A stretch of DNA of 64,000 bases from Candidatus Hadarchaeota archaeon (GCA_964474885.1 CAYYWO010000004.1:1-64000); one strand, 5' to 3'. Numbered from the stretch's first letter, positions 33,801-41,877 are shown. A program made the numbers and translations. The notes: generated by a model from the sequence alone, not told the origin.

Positions 33801-36387
33801 GAACTCCTACGAGGTATCTGGTCTCGACGAAAATGGGGTTTACTACTGGAAGGTATGTGCCAGGGACAATGCGGGAAACACCGGGCCCTTCACACCCTAT
33901 GCCTGGAGATTCCACATAGATACTACGCCGCCCGCCTCACCCTCCCTGCTATCACCGGAAAACCGGGGGTGGGCAAAACCCGAGGCTGAGCTATCCTGGC
34001 AGGAGGTACCCGAGAACTCCCCACCCGTGCTCTACCTGGTCCAGATCTCCGACTTCCCGGACTTCCTGAACACGGTTAGGGAGGTAAAGACTTATGATAA
34101 TTCGTGGACGGTCTCCCCACCGCTGCCCGTCAGCTCCTACTACTGGAGAGTAAAGGCGAGGGACAACGCGGGGAACTGGAGCGAGTGGTCGGAGGTTTGG
34201 TGGTTCAAAGTAGATAACGAAGCACCCTCCAAGCCCAGTTTGATCACACCAGAGAACGGGAGTCATGTCCAGGCGAACGCCCCTTTCACCCTCACCTTCA
34301 CGGCCTCCGACGGAACGGGTTCGGGCGTGGCCTACTATCAAGTGCAGATCGACAATGACCCAGCCTTCCCCGCCCCCCTCATCGATGTCACAGTGTCCGA
34401 TAACAGCTGTCAGGTGTCAGGGCTGGCTTGGGGGACTTACTACTGGCGCGTGAGAGCCATAGACAACGTGAGTAACGTGGGGCCTTGGTCGGATCCATAC
34501 ATCCTTTATTCGAGTGACTGGAAACTCTGTGATCGGTTCTCAGTGACTGCCCGAGGAAGGGTGTCTTGGGTGCTCAACGAGCGACTGGCTGGTAGGGTGG
34601 GTTCCCCCGCCAACTGGTTCTTCTGCGAATCGAGATCTGGAGGCATAGAGAACGTCGCTAGAGGATGGTTCTTCTTGGAAAGCTGGGCGAATGAGAACGC
34701 AGTTGGGGTGCACTACTGGGCATTGGTCGAGAGATGGACTAATGCCCTTCGGGCCTATTCCACGTGGAAACACATCGATGTCCGCTCCTCGCGGCTGTTA
34801 TCACCTCCAACCTACTGGCTCTTCCTTGAGCGGGTCACGGGAGAACTCGAGGCGACGTTGGGATGGTGGCTGCTTGAGGATTATGCAGGTGCCCTCACCC
34901 TTCCGGCGGGCTGGGAGTACTTGGAGAACTGGAATTCATCCCTTACAGGAGTGCACTACTGGGTACTGCTGGACGAGTGGCGGAGTCTCGCCTATCACCC
35001 CCTCTGGAGAACCCTCGACGTTACTCCTTGCAGGCTTAACACACGTGCCGAGCACTACCGGCTGGAGGACAGAAGCGGGTACCTGGGTGTGCCTTCCTCC
35101 GCGTGGAGGCACGTAGAAACTGAGGCAGGCGGGTGTAGGTGGAAACCAGCTCACTGGACCCAAGTCGAGAGAATCCGATCCAGGTCGGTACCTGCCTTCT
35201 GGAGGCTACTGGAACGCTTCAGATGCGGATTCGGCCCGAAAACAGGCTGGCTGTTCATTGAGAAGAAAATCCTCGGGATACGCACTCCCGCCACGAGATT
35301 CCACACTCTAGAGAGTCTCCGATCCTCTCTATTCGCCCCACATATCTGGTCCTTGGTCGACAGAGGCAGAGGAGAGGTCTACACGTTCATCCACTGGAAG
35401 GCTTACATCAGAAGTGCGTACATTCCTAGGAAGGGCTGGTTCGTACTCGAACTCAAAAGTTGCTCTGTCTTCGCTCCGAGATATCTAGAGGAGAGAAAAG
35501 AGCGGGAGGTATCGGTAACCCAAGTGGGGGTGCAGCAGTTCAGTCATTTGAGTGCCAGTGCAGAGAGAGCCTGGTGCAGGGTGCATCCGCCTCACTCGTC
35601 TATCTCGGTTGGGGAGTCTAAGTACCTACCCCCTTGGCTCCCGTCGCTGCCGGGTGAGCTCTGCAGGTACATTGATGTCAAGCTGAAGAACTGCCAGCTA
35701 CTGAAACTGAGGATCAGGGTAAGCAAGGCCTGGCTCAAAAAGATGGACAGGAACACCTTGAGGGTTTGGGGGTACAAGGGTGAGTGGGTCTCCCTGCCCT
35801 TCGAACTCGCAGCGGAGGACGAGCTTTACCTGTACCTGGAGTTCGAGTCCCAAGGTTTCAGCTGCTTCGCGGTTACTGCGAGAAGAAAACCCTTCTTCCC
35901 GTGGTGGGCTGTTCTGTGGGTATGGCTGGGGATCGTGGGAACCCTGGGATATCTGATGCTCCAGCCCTTCATCGGGGAGATACGTCTGCGCAGGCTACAG
36001 CAAAAATACGAGGAGTCCCTGAAAGGTGCTACCTATCGGAAGATAGCGAGCAGGCTCAGATCGATCGGCAGGAAGCTCAGCAAGGAGGATCGAATAGCTC
36101 TAAGAGAAATCGCTGAGGAGCTCAGGCTCCTCCCGCCTCCCACACTGGTCCCCGTGGAAGAAAAGCTCACCAAACCGGAGCTCATTGCCGTTGAGACTCT
36201 AGAGAAGTTCATCAGGGAGAGGAGAAAAAGAATACCCCTCCGCCGCGAGAAGCTGGAGGAACTGAAGAAACTTCAGAGAGAGATGCTGAGACGGCCAAAA
36301 GAAAGGCGCCGATCCAAGCGGAAACGGACCACTAGGAAATATGCCAGGAGCGAGCAGAAGAAGCCCGCTAAGAGATCTAAGAAATAA
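27871..36387 (+). CDS. giant (2838 aa) surface protein: FN3/Ig-like repeats, 16-aa Trp repeats, PGF-pre-PGF-like domain, TM anchor
   Basis: Signal peptide; about 16 domains P.L.SPEN...P.F.W...Y.....DN...F...YYWRVRA.D.AGN...WS; four Trp-periodic blocks; RVSKAWL..GEW..L...YLY....QGFSCFAV; TM WWAVLWVWLGIVGTLGYLML; Lys/Arg tail. Confidence 0.9.
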   Translation: MSVRGGIGRWATILIDLLIVLSYMPPGVLAVLKTPQLLSPENDSWVNDNTPLFDWTDVTDATSYQILVDNDPDFTSPEINDFPTTSEYEPTVELEEGIFYYWEVRARNEDTGDSSNWSEVWCFRVDITPPLAPSLISPDNSVTLWVDQPTFSWSEVSDLSGITYRLEIDNDPNFSSPAYSILLTVTTHQLENKLVENFSPYYWRVTAVDGAGNENSSVVYKFNLKVPPASSVDPISPYWENSAFTVTMSASDNDGTVENVELWYRYSSDNTNWGDWILYDNDSTPPHSLVFSPPSGDGYYEFYSRAWDDRGNYENAPAQADARCGYDTVAPPAPENLLPENNADLVTPTPTLEWSRVSDMSGVKYEVLVDNDNLFEPPWSYQAENLAENTVTTSPLAPGLYYWKVRARDGAGNYGAWSEVYQFYVRAWRLLEDFNACIQTLSGWRPTEALSCGLSSPASWIRIEALAGGIAPTWWKLEESCCTTETLAGWKFVGSLQAGVRALLPSWVRIEQWSNTVKSVGLWNLLHSISSSVHSIPVAWRYLEGCSSVTRTLPQLWYFLGCYQGGCRAPAGWFGVEEWLCHLNFAAHWLTLTQLSASPSAPASWRPTDTLTSSTQTRGYWRLQGVWSAGLPAPVPSPRLTSPENSANLSTNSPLLCWENLLPADNYHLQVDNEPNFDQPEVDVWLTENSHQPTLPDGVYYWRVMQTRNSAASEWSSVFSFRLDTVPPPKPTLLFPANQNINDNTPLFRWTSVPENSLPLSYWIEIDNEPAFNPPKLLSTGWLWDNYYQLTTELSDGEYYWRVKVRDNAGNLGDWSSENFRVDTVRPSAPAPISPTSNAWASVTPTFTWQRVSENSFPVKYRVFVCEDSGFDTSVYKVYVSPWLTENEWTSPVLVEGLGVEGKLFYWRVCALDNAGNLSENSPIQVFRTDNVPPSVPDILAPENCAYVSEVFTLAYTASDGGSGVASYWVQVMDENGEIVYENQEAENRVVLRLSEGTYQWRVRARDAIGNLSDWSALYTFTVSIWRFIESWSLALGTPRRWHPIESFSASSEGRVSWRELDTWVASALCPAGWVLSEGVSSAVGTRARYLQLASLTATVAPKAGWASVATFSSSLSSPGSWELLDSRSAESSAPSSWVRVEQMISSLAYPTAWRKLETYSCILTNMPGWRSVEDITVLLWSPSFFRFLDSYCGKLAGPVRWWVLSAQTSGARTVVGWAPVELVSATCNTKRAWTLVGSYAARTSAPAVWKGLASLSAAISAPIPTPTLVSPADGTNINPNLSTLTLRWENSLSADNFDLQIDNNADFSSPEVSVTVTGNKYSPADLPDNLYWWRVRQRRTGSVSGWSGAWKFRVDTLEPSPPEPLSPIEGENLNDPIPVLEWSEPPENSLPLTYKVQVATSRFFESGTILRETWVSEPRWEVSPALPDNVYYWRVLARDNAGNNSLYSEVRSFRVDTLSPPAPTLVEPENDSWAPGDFRFSWTSIPENSLPVVYNLVIAYDSDFSEMVENVFLLENTYSTSLAEGSYWWKVRARDNAGNWSEWSDAWTFTLDNTPPSQVVLTRPENSSFVQSGPVTFGWQSASDEGSGVGRYWIQIWRNGSLVYENCSVPDNSLTVEVPTGLYWWRVRAVDVAGNAGGWSEPFVFTSSDWHQLESWQLPLVAPASWKGDESWTVSALGAALWRKLEISSARTSSPGRWELSDSWVTSMCSPSAWYSLDGRSISIVSPVAWKKLENWIGSCALPALWHLTEILPASLKTVAHWLELEAQTGTCHGLLGKWRLIDQLQGTVLAPAFWLPLMSIQSQAGAVSNWQKVSTWPATIGGPIHPPVLIAPENTNTNDNTPTFQWDNLQPVDNFEFMLDNDADFSSPEVHLTTSDKSYTSGELPDGVYWWRVRCWRTGTAGGWSEVRYLRVDTVSPSSPDLLSPSDGEDVSDSTPVLSWSSPPENSLPLTYNLKISTSPYFEPENIVIDVWVEENSYEVSGLDENGVYYWKVCARDNAGNTGPFTPYAWRFHIDTTPPASPSLLSPENRGWAKPEAELSWQEVPENSPPVLYLVQISDFPDFLNTVREVKTYDNSWTVSPPLPVSSYYWRVKARDNAGNWSEWSEVWWFKVDNEAPSKPSLITPENGSHVQANAPFTLTFTASDGTGSGVAYYQVQIDNDPAFPAPLIDVTVSDNSCQVSGLAWGTYYWRVRAIDNVSNVGPWSDPYILYSSDWKLCDRFSVTARGRVSWVLNERLAGRVGSPANWFFCESRSGGIENVARGWFFLESWANENAVGVHYWALVERWTNALRAYSTWKHIDVRSSRLLSPPTYWLFLERVTGELEATLGWWLLEDYAGALTLPAGWEYLENWNSSLTGVHYWVLLDEWRSLAYHPLWRTLDVTPCRLNTRAEHYRLEDRSGYLGVPSSAWRHVETEAGGCRWKPAHWTQVERIRSRSVPAFWRLLERFRCGFGPKTGWLFIEKKILGIRTPATRFHTLESLRSSLFAPHIWSLVDRGRGEVYTFIHWKAYIRSAYIPRKGWFVLELKSCSVFAPRYLEERKEREVSVTQVGVQQFSHLSASAERAWCRVHPPHSSISVGESKYLPPWLPSLPGELCRYIDVKLKNCQLLKLRIRVSKAWLKKMDRNTLRVWGYKGEWVSLPFELAAEDELYLYLEFESQGFSCFAVTARRKPFFPWWAVLWVWLGIVGTLGYLMLQPFIGEIRLRRLQQKYEESLKGATYRKIASRLRSIGRKLSKEDRIALREIAEELRLLPPPTLVPVEEKLTKPELIAVETLEKFIRERRKRIPLRREKLEELKKLQREMLRRPKERRRSKRKRTTRKYARSEQKKPAKRSKK

Positions 36388-36938
36388 TGCTCCCCAAGGT
36401 ACAGGGTCGAGACCACCATTAGGGACAGGATGCACGCCCAGCCTAGCGTCCACCCCGTGCCCAGAGTGCGGATGAAGAGCAAACAGGACAGGCCGTTCCC
36501 CGCGTGCATGGACGGAAAGGAGCCCCAAGGATAGGGATTGAAGTTCTCCGTGAAGCCTGCCAGCTCGTTTCTGACAGACCTGACGCCTTCTACCGCAAGT
36601 CTGGGGGGGCTCACGGGGTAGAGGAGCCAGGTCACCTGAGCCGCTATCTGGCTTATAATGAAGACCAGCAGGTACTGCCTGAACGCCTCAGCTTTCCTGA
36701 AAGAGAGAAGGCATGCTGTCCCGTAAATCAGAATTGGATATCCTAAGAGATATACAGCCAGATTGAGGAGATCCATCAATTTCGATGACATCCTCTCCTG
36801 GATCTCCACGACTAGCTCACCGTCGAAGGAGTTGGGATTCTGAGGGACTGGGTAAAATCTGGGGAGGAAGTCGAAGATCATCACAGCAAGGGCGAAAATC
36901 ATTATCCTGCTCAGATGCTTTTTAAGGTGTCTGTCCAT
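36273..36938 (-). CDS. PAP2-family (AUR1/IPC-synthase-like) membrane phosphoesterase/phosphotransferase
   Basis: YPVSPPRL, SFPSMHAG, STLYLGEHYFLDLLAG, several TM segments. Confidence 0.85.
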   Translation of the reverse strand: MDRHLKKHLSRIMIFALAVMIFDFLPRFYPVPQNPNSFDGELVVEIQERMSSKLMDLLNLAVYLLGYPILIYGTACLLSFRKAEAFRQYLLVFIISQIAAQVTWLLYPVSPPRLAVEGVRSVRNELAGFTENFNPYPWGSFPSMHAGNGLSCLLFIRTLGTGWTLGWACILSLMVVSTLYLGEHYFLDLLAGFFCSLLAYFLVVRFRLDRRLSFGRLSISL

Positions 36939-36953
36939 CCAACCTTTGAAGGG

Positions 36954-38054
36954 CTATTTAAAGAGGATGCGCAGCAGGGCGTGAGGGAGGCATTTGACGG
37001 ACCTAACGTGGTGATCGAAGTCCGCCCCCAAAACTATCGCCCGCCTAAGGCTGTCGGAACGAAGCAGGTAGTACAGCACCTTCAATCGCCTAGGCCCCAG
37101 CGAAAAGAGAGTGGAGGAAATCACCCTCCCCCACCTGAACTCCGACCCGAAGCGCCTCCGGACCTCCTCTTGGTAGGAGTCCAAGGGGGAGCCCCGCTCT
37201 AGGAAGTCGTTGATCGAGCTTGCCGCCAGCTGCGAGCAGGACAATCCAATGTAAAGCCCCCCCTTCGTTATGGGCTTGACCTGCGCTGCCGCATCCCCCA
37301 CCAAGAGGATCCCATTTCTCACCAAGTGGGGCGAATCGAGGGGGATGATATCCGCGCACGGCTTCCCGCAAGATCCCCTGATCCTACCCATCCGGTGCAG
37401 CTTGGAGAGGAAGCGTTCCAGGTGAGAGAACGGGTTGTCGTAGCTACCCAGACCCACCCTCGCCCGGTCGCCCGCGGGTACCAGCCAGCTGAAGAAACCC
37501 GGAGGCGAGCCGAGGAAGACCTCCGCTACCCCCTCCGTTACTTCCGCCCTGACCTCCACCTGGGCGAAATTCATGAACCTCCTCCCCTTCACTAGACCTG
37601 AGCGCCTCCCGACTAGGCTGTTCGGCCCGTCCGCCCCCACTATCACCCTAGCCCGCCTGCAGCTGCCGTTGACCTCGATCTCCCCGCGCCTGACCTTCCT
37701 GCACCTGGACCTCAGGTTCAGCTGGGCCCCCGCATTCACCGCTAGATCCGCGATTTGCTGGTCGAACCTGGGCCTGTCCAGCACCCACGCCTGGGGCTCC
37801 GGGGCCCAGAGCTCGGCCCTCTCACCGGTTGGGAAGTGGAGCACCGCCCCCCTCAGCTCCTCCAGAATCAGGCTACGCTTGGGCCGGATGCCTATCTCCT
37901 CCATACCCCTTATCCCCACGATGCCCGCGCAGCACCAGGGGTAACCGATCCTGGGATGCTCCTCAAAAATTGCCACCTCCCAGCCTGCGCTCGCCAGCCT
38001 GCAGGCCAAAAAGCATCCAGTGGGGCCACCACCTATTACCGCAACGTCAAGCAT
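36954..38054 (-). CDS. geranylgeranyl reductase family (DGGGPL reductase)
   Basis: GGGPTG, IG.PWCCAG, LDRPRFD, GADGPNS, FSWLVP, VGDAAAQVKPITKGG. Confidence 0.9.
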   Translation of the reverse strand: MLDVAVIGGGPTGCFLACRLASAGWEVAIFEEHPRIGYPWCCAGIVGIRGMEEIGIRPKRSLILEELRGAVLHFPTGERAELWAPEPQAWVLDRPRFDQQIADLAVNAGAQLNLRSRCRKVRRGEIEVNGSCRRARVIVGADGPNSLVGRRSGLVKGRRFMNFAQVEVRAEVTEGVAEVFLGSPPGFFSWLVPAGDRARVGLGSYDNPFSHLERFLSKLHRMGRIRGSCGKPCADIIPLDSPHLVRNGILLVGDAAAQVKPITKGGLYIGLSCSQLAASSINDFLERGSPLDSYQEEVRRRFGSEFRWGRVISSTLFSLGPRRLKVLYYLLRSDSLRRAIVLGADFDHHVRSVKCLPHALLRILFK

Positions 38055-38058
38055 CCGG

Positions 38059-38373
38059 TCACTTCACCGTGTCCGAGATCCACCTCAAGAACCCCTCGAA
38101 GCCCGCCTCCACACGGAAGCAGCAAATGCAAGGAACCTCATAGCTGTGGAGCTCCCTCACCGCCCGCTCGACCTCCTCGAACTTCTCGAACTTCGTTTTG
38201 CATATTAGGGCATGCTCGCTCTCCCGCTGGATCTCGTTCTGCCACCAGAAGAGGGATCTAATAGGGAAGATGTTGGCGCAAGCTATCAGCCTTCTCCTCA
38301 GCAACTCTTCTGCGATCTTTTGAGCCTCGGCTTCATCCCTACAAGTGATGTAGATGAAGACGCAGTCTGCCAT
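38059..38373 (-). CDS. cutA: divalent-cation tolerance protein CutA
   Basis: LIACANI, S.FWWQ, KT, HSYEVPCI. Confidence 0.95.
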   Translation of the reverse strand: MADCVFIYITCRDEAEAQKIAEELLRRRLIACANIFPIRSLFWWQNEIQRESEHALICKTKFEKFEEVERAVRELHSYEVPCICCFRVEAGFEGFLRWISDTVK

Positions 38374-38426
38374 CCATAAATCGGGTGGTAAAACAAAACA
38401 ACTTTCCAGTTGTTCCCTTCGAAGGA

Positions 38427-38501
38427 TGCCGGGGGCGGGATTTGAACCCGCGGCCTCGGGATTATGAGTCCCGCGCTATAACCAGGCTTAGCTACCCCGG
38501 C
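38427..38501 (-). tRNA. tRNA-Met(CAT), elongator-type, intronless
   Basis: GCCGGGGTAGCTAAGCCTGGTTATAGCG CGGGA-CTCATAA-TCCCG AGGCCGCGGGTTCAAATCCCGC CCCCGGCA. Confidence 0.92.
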
Positions 38502-38504
38502 GGC

Positions 38505-39203
38505 TCATCCGATATTAGCCAAAAAACGCAAAAATTCATCTTCAGTCGAGATCAGCTTGGCCCCCTCCTCATAGCCCACCACCAGCTGGTCCGCCATGCC
38601 TGGAAAGATGCCGTTCTCCACCACTCCCGGGATCTGATTGATCCGCCTCTCCATGTCCGCGGGATCTCCCAGGCTCTCAAACCTCGTGTCGAAGATGTAG
38701 TTCCCGTTGTCCGTGACGAAGGGCTCCCCATGGACGAGCCTCAGCTCGGGCTTGCCTCCCAGTCCCTCTAGGCCCCGCCTGGCCACCCCGGCTGCGAAGG
38801 GGATCACCTCCACCGGGACCGGGGCACTCAGCTCCCTGACCAGCTTGGTCCGGTCCACCACGAAGACCACGCGCCTGGCGGACTTGCACAGGATCTTCTC
38901 CCGTGTCAGAGCCCCACCTCTACCTTTAACCGCGTTCAGCCGGGGATCCACCTCATCCGCCCCATCCAGGACCAGATCCAAGACAGGACATTTCTCCAAA
39001 TCTGCCAGAGCAAGACCCAGTTCTCTCGCCTTCCTCTCGGTCAGCTTTGAGGCTGGGACTATCTCCACCCTAGGCTTCCTCCTTCCCAGCTCCTCTAGGA
39101 TCTTCTGGACTGTAGTCCCGTGACCTATGCCTATTTTCATCCCATCCTCGACGAAGCTAGCCGCAAGGGCCGCTGCCCTCTCTTTCCACTCCCCAATTGA
39201 CAA
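38505..39203 (-). CDS. rpiA: ribose-5-phosphate isomerase A
   Basis: GIGHGTT, DGADEVD, KGRGGALTREK, PVEVIP, TDNGN, PGVVENG. Confidence 0.96.
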   Translation of the reverse strand: MSIGEWKERAAALAASFVEDGMKIGIGHGTTVQKILEELGRRKPRVEIVPASKLTERKARELGLALADLEKCPVLDLVLDGADEVDPRLNAVKGRGGALTREKILCKSARRVVFVVDRTKLVRELSAPVPVEVIPFAAGVARRGLEGLGGKPELRLVHGEPFVTDNGNYIFDTRFESLGDPADMERRINQIPGVVENGIFPGMADQLVVGYEEGAKLISTEDEFLRFLANIG

Positions 39204-39279
39204 ATAAATTAACTCTTTAGTGCATTTATCTTAGTCGCGGGAGCAACACAACTATAAGAGAAATGTGCCATTCTTGAAG

Positions 39280-39804
39280 ATGAGAAGAACCATTCCAGTG
39301 CACGAGGTGATGACGAGAGAGGTCGTGACGATTTCTCCTAAAGATACCATCGCCAAGGCAGCCAAGCTCATGAGCGCCAAGCGGGTAGGGTGCCTGGTGG
39401 TGGTGCAGAGCCAAAAACCGATAGGGATCCTGACGGAGAGGGACATCCTTACGAAGGTCGTGGGTCTGGACCTGAAGGCAAGCAAGGTTCTGGTCGGGGA
39501 AATAATGTCCACACCTCCCATCACCATAACACCCGAGGTAGACGTGACTGAGGCAGCAAAGCTAATGAGCAAGCACAACATAAGGCGCCTGCCCGTTGTC
39601 AACGAAGGAAAGCTGGTGGGAATAGTTACCTCGAGCGATATCGCCTCCGTCCTTCCAGAGGTGAAGGAGCTCAACCTGATGGAGGTCCCACCGGCGGAGG
39701 AAATGGGAACCAGTGTTTGCGAGGTCTGCGGGCAGTTCACCAACGACCTGTACGAGGTAAACGGAAAGTGGGTCTGCGAGAGCTGTAGGGACAGCATGCA
39801 ATGA
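39280..39804 (+). CDS. CBS-pair protein with C-terminal Zn-ribbon
   Basis: Two CBS domains (GILTERD, RRLPVV..GKLVGIVT); CEVCG...WVCESC. Confidence 0.9.
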   Translation: MRRTIPVHEVMTREVVTISPKDTIAKAAKLMSAKRVGCLVVVQSQKPIGILTERDILTKVVGLDLKASKVLVGEIMSTPPITITPEVDVTEAAKLMSKHNIRRLPVVNEGKLVGIVTSSDIASVLPEVKELNLMEVPPAEEMGTSVCEVCGQFTNDLYEVNGKWVCESCRDSMQ

Positions 39805-39861
39805 TTACAGTGAGGCAGGGGCAAACCTTAGTGTTAGAGGTATTATTAACTAGAATCCCCG

Positions 39862-40200
39862 ATGGTAACGCCGCTCCTCATCTACCTAGCGGGTAAAGGG
39901 CAAGGTGTATTAATTCCGCGACCTAAACCTAGAAAAACTCGTACCAGATATCGAGAAAAGTTGGTGAGAGCTTCGCGACGGCTATCCAATCGGTGAACCT
40001 GATGATGTCTGAGAATCTCGTCCGAGCCGCCCGCAGGTGTGGCTGCTCCTGCAGACGGGCGGGTGGAACACGGTCGTCGATGAGAGAGGTGTGACGAGTC
40101 CCGAGTGCGATTTGTGAGGCTAATCCTTTGGGACAATGAATCTCCTCGGCTACATAACCTAATGAACAAGGGGTCATCGGGTTGGTGAGAAGACGTAGAT
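39862..40200 (+). pseudogene. possible degenerate PIN-domain (DUF3368-like) gene remnant
   Basis: Fragments TPLLIYLAG, GYPIGEPD, VVDERG and FGTMNLLG occur in DUF3368-like order but are broken by stops and frameshifts. Confidence 0.35.
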
Positions 40201-40220
40201 TACGGCTGCTGAAACTCTGG

Positions 40221-40493
40221 TCAGTACTGGATCTCGAAATCGTCAAACTCTCCTTTTGGTCTCTCCCATTTGATCTCTACGCGCTCGACCTCCGCCCCTG
40301 GTGGGCCCTCGCGGCAGAACTCGAGCATCTTCTTAAGCGCTTCCTCCTCTCCCTCCATCACTGCCTCCACTCGGCCATCAGGCAAGTTCCTGACCCATCC
40401 TCGGACACCTAATTTCTTAGCCAGCTTCCTGGTGTGGTAACGGAAAAACACGCCTTGGACCAGGCCCGAGATCCACACATGGACACGTTTCAT
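40221..40493 (-). CDS. acyP: acylphosphatase
   Basis: [28 protein letters not shown]. Confidence 0.95.
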   Translation of the reverse strand: MKRVHVWISGLVQGVFFRYHTRKLAKKLGVRGWVRNLPDGRVEAVMEGEEEALKKMLEFCREGPPGAEVERVEIKWERPKGEFDDFEIQY

Positions 40494-40682
40494 TCATTTG
40501 TACCTTGCCAGCTCGTCCGTGACGTCAATCGAGGTAAGAAGCGTTATCCTACAGCAGTATCTGGTCAGGCCTAGATCGTCCAGTATTTTCTTCGGATCCT
40601 CTCCTGCCTTTCTCCTCCTCTCAAACTCCTCGTACTTGTCCGCGAGAAGCTTCCCGCACGTGATGCATCTTATGGGTCGCAT
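40494..40682 (-). CDS. rpoN: RNA polymerase subunit N (Rpo10)
   Basis: [21 protein letters not shown]. Confidence 0.96.
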   Translation of the reverse strand: MRPIRCITCGKLLADKYEEFERRRKAGEDPKKILDDLGLTRYCCRITLLTSIDVTDELARYK

Positions 40683-41081
40683 CTAACGATAGCTTAGCTG
40701 GTATTTTGCTCTTGCGCCCCTGCGCTCGAACTTCTTCGGCTCCTTCTTCCTAGGATCGCTCTTCAAAAGGTACTCATCGAAGTTCCTGAACACCTCCTTC
40801 ACGGAAGGATCATACTCCGCCAGAGCCCTCGCGATGGAAGTCCTGACGGCGTCGGCCTGGCCGGACCACCCTCCTCCCCTAACCTTCACCTCTATGTCCA
40901 CCTGCTGCGCGAGATCTGGCACCAGCATCAGGGGCTCGGAGATGCGGAGCCTAGCCAGTTCAGGCTCCCAACAACGCAGGGGAATCCCGTTTATGTAAAC
41001 CCTTCCCTTGCCTTTCCGGACAACAGCTCTAGCCACAGCGGTCTTCCTTTTGCCCACACCCATGACGACTTTCGCTTTCAA
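40683..41081 (-). CDS. rps9: 30S ribosomal protein S9
   Basis: GKRKTAVARA, GGGWSGQA, GARAKYQLSYR. Confidence 0.96.
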   Translation of the reverse strand: MKAKVVMGVGKRKTAVARAVVRKGKGRVYINGIPLRCWEPELARLRISEPLMLVPDLAQQVDIEVKVRGGGWSGQADAVRTSIARALAEYDPSVKEVFRNFDEYLLKSDPRKKEPKKFERRGARAKYQLSYR

Positions 41082-41512
41082 AATTTCGCCCCCAGGTGCT
41101 TACTTACTTCCCCAACCGTCACAAACTTGCAGGCAAGCTTGTCAGCCATGGCATCCGGGAAGCGCACTTTTTCAACCTGCTTGAACTCGGCCGGGATACC
41201 AATATACACTCTCAATCTTCTCAGAGCAGCTCTCCCTTTGTACTTCTTCTTGGGGAGCATGCCCGCTATCGTCTGCCTCACAAGATCGTCCGGTCGCCTG
41301 TAGTGCTTCGGGCCCTTTCGCGGGTTTGCCCTGCCCCTTATCTCCATCCACTTATCAAACTCTTCAAAAACCATGTGTTTTTTTCCCGAGATCACAACCT
41401 TCTCGGCGTTCAGCACCACCACTCTTTTCCCGCTGAGCAGGAGCTTAGCCACATAACTCCCCAGCCTGCCCAAGATGTGGTTCTCCCCGTCGACCACCAC
41501 AAGCTCGGTCAT
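41078..41512 (-). CDS. rpl13: 50S ribosomal protein L13
   Basis: HILGRL, NAEKVVISG, GP.HYRRP, GMLP. Confidence 0.96.
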   Translation of the reverse strand: MTELVVVDGENHILGRLGSYVAKLLLSGKRVVVLNAEKVVISGKKHMVFEEFDKWMEIRGRANPRKGPKHYRRPDDLVRQTIAGMLPKKKYKGRAALRRLRVYIGIPAEFKQVEKVRFPDAMADKLACKFVTVGEVSKHLGAKF

Positions 41513-41877
41513 GTTACGATGAGAATTCTCTTCCCGTTGGGATTTTCTTCCAAGAGTTCCTGCAATCCTATCGCTCTGCCCCCTGAACCCTCGATCTTCT
41601 CCCTAGCATTTCTTGAGAAGCGAAAAGCCGAGACGGTCACCGCTTTAGTTAGATTCCCACAGCCCAGGACCACCCCGGGTACCAAGATTGTTTCTCCTTC
41701 CCGGGCGAGTCTGTTTATCTTACTCAAGTTAACCTCCACCCTCTTTCTCCTAGGCCTCGAGAGGAGTTCAGCCGCTTTAAGCCAGACCCTGACCTTCCGC
41801 TTCTTGCCCTCCTTCTCCAGCCTCTTGATGACCGCTTGCAGCCTGGGATTCGTTGGTCCGGTTGGCCTAGGCATCAT
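41509..41877 (-). CDS. rpl18e: 50S ribosomal protein L18e
   Basis: TNP.L..VI, RPRR...VNLSKINR, VPGVVLG.G. Confidence 0.95.
   Translation of the reverse strand: MMPRPTGPTNPRLQAVIKRLEKEGKKRKVRVWLKAAELLSRPRRKRVEVNLSKINRLAREGETILVPGVVLGCGNLTKAVTVSAFRFSRNAREKIEGSGGRAIGLQELLEENPNGKRILIVT

Noticed and set aside
29152-35480. DGR-type or DNA-level tandem repeats behind the Trp repeats
   Set aside because: Periodicity is visible only at protein level; no near-identical TR/VR pair and no reverse transcriptase in the window.
38427-38501. tRNA-Ile2(CAT) or initiator identity; integration site
   Set aside because: The G1-C72 GCCGGGG acceptor fits elongator Met, flanks are housekeeping genes, and no att duplication was seen.
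39850-40200. RNase P or SRP RNA
   Set aside because: No GAGGAAAGTCC/AACAGAA P4 motifs and no SRP helix-8 motif found on either strand.
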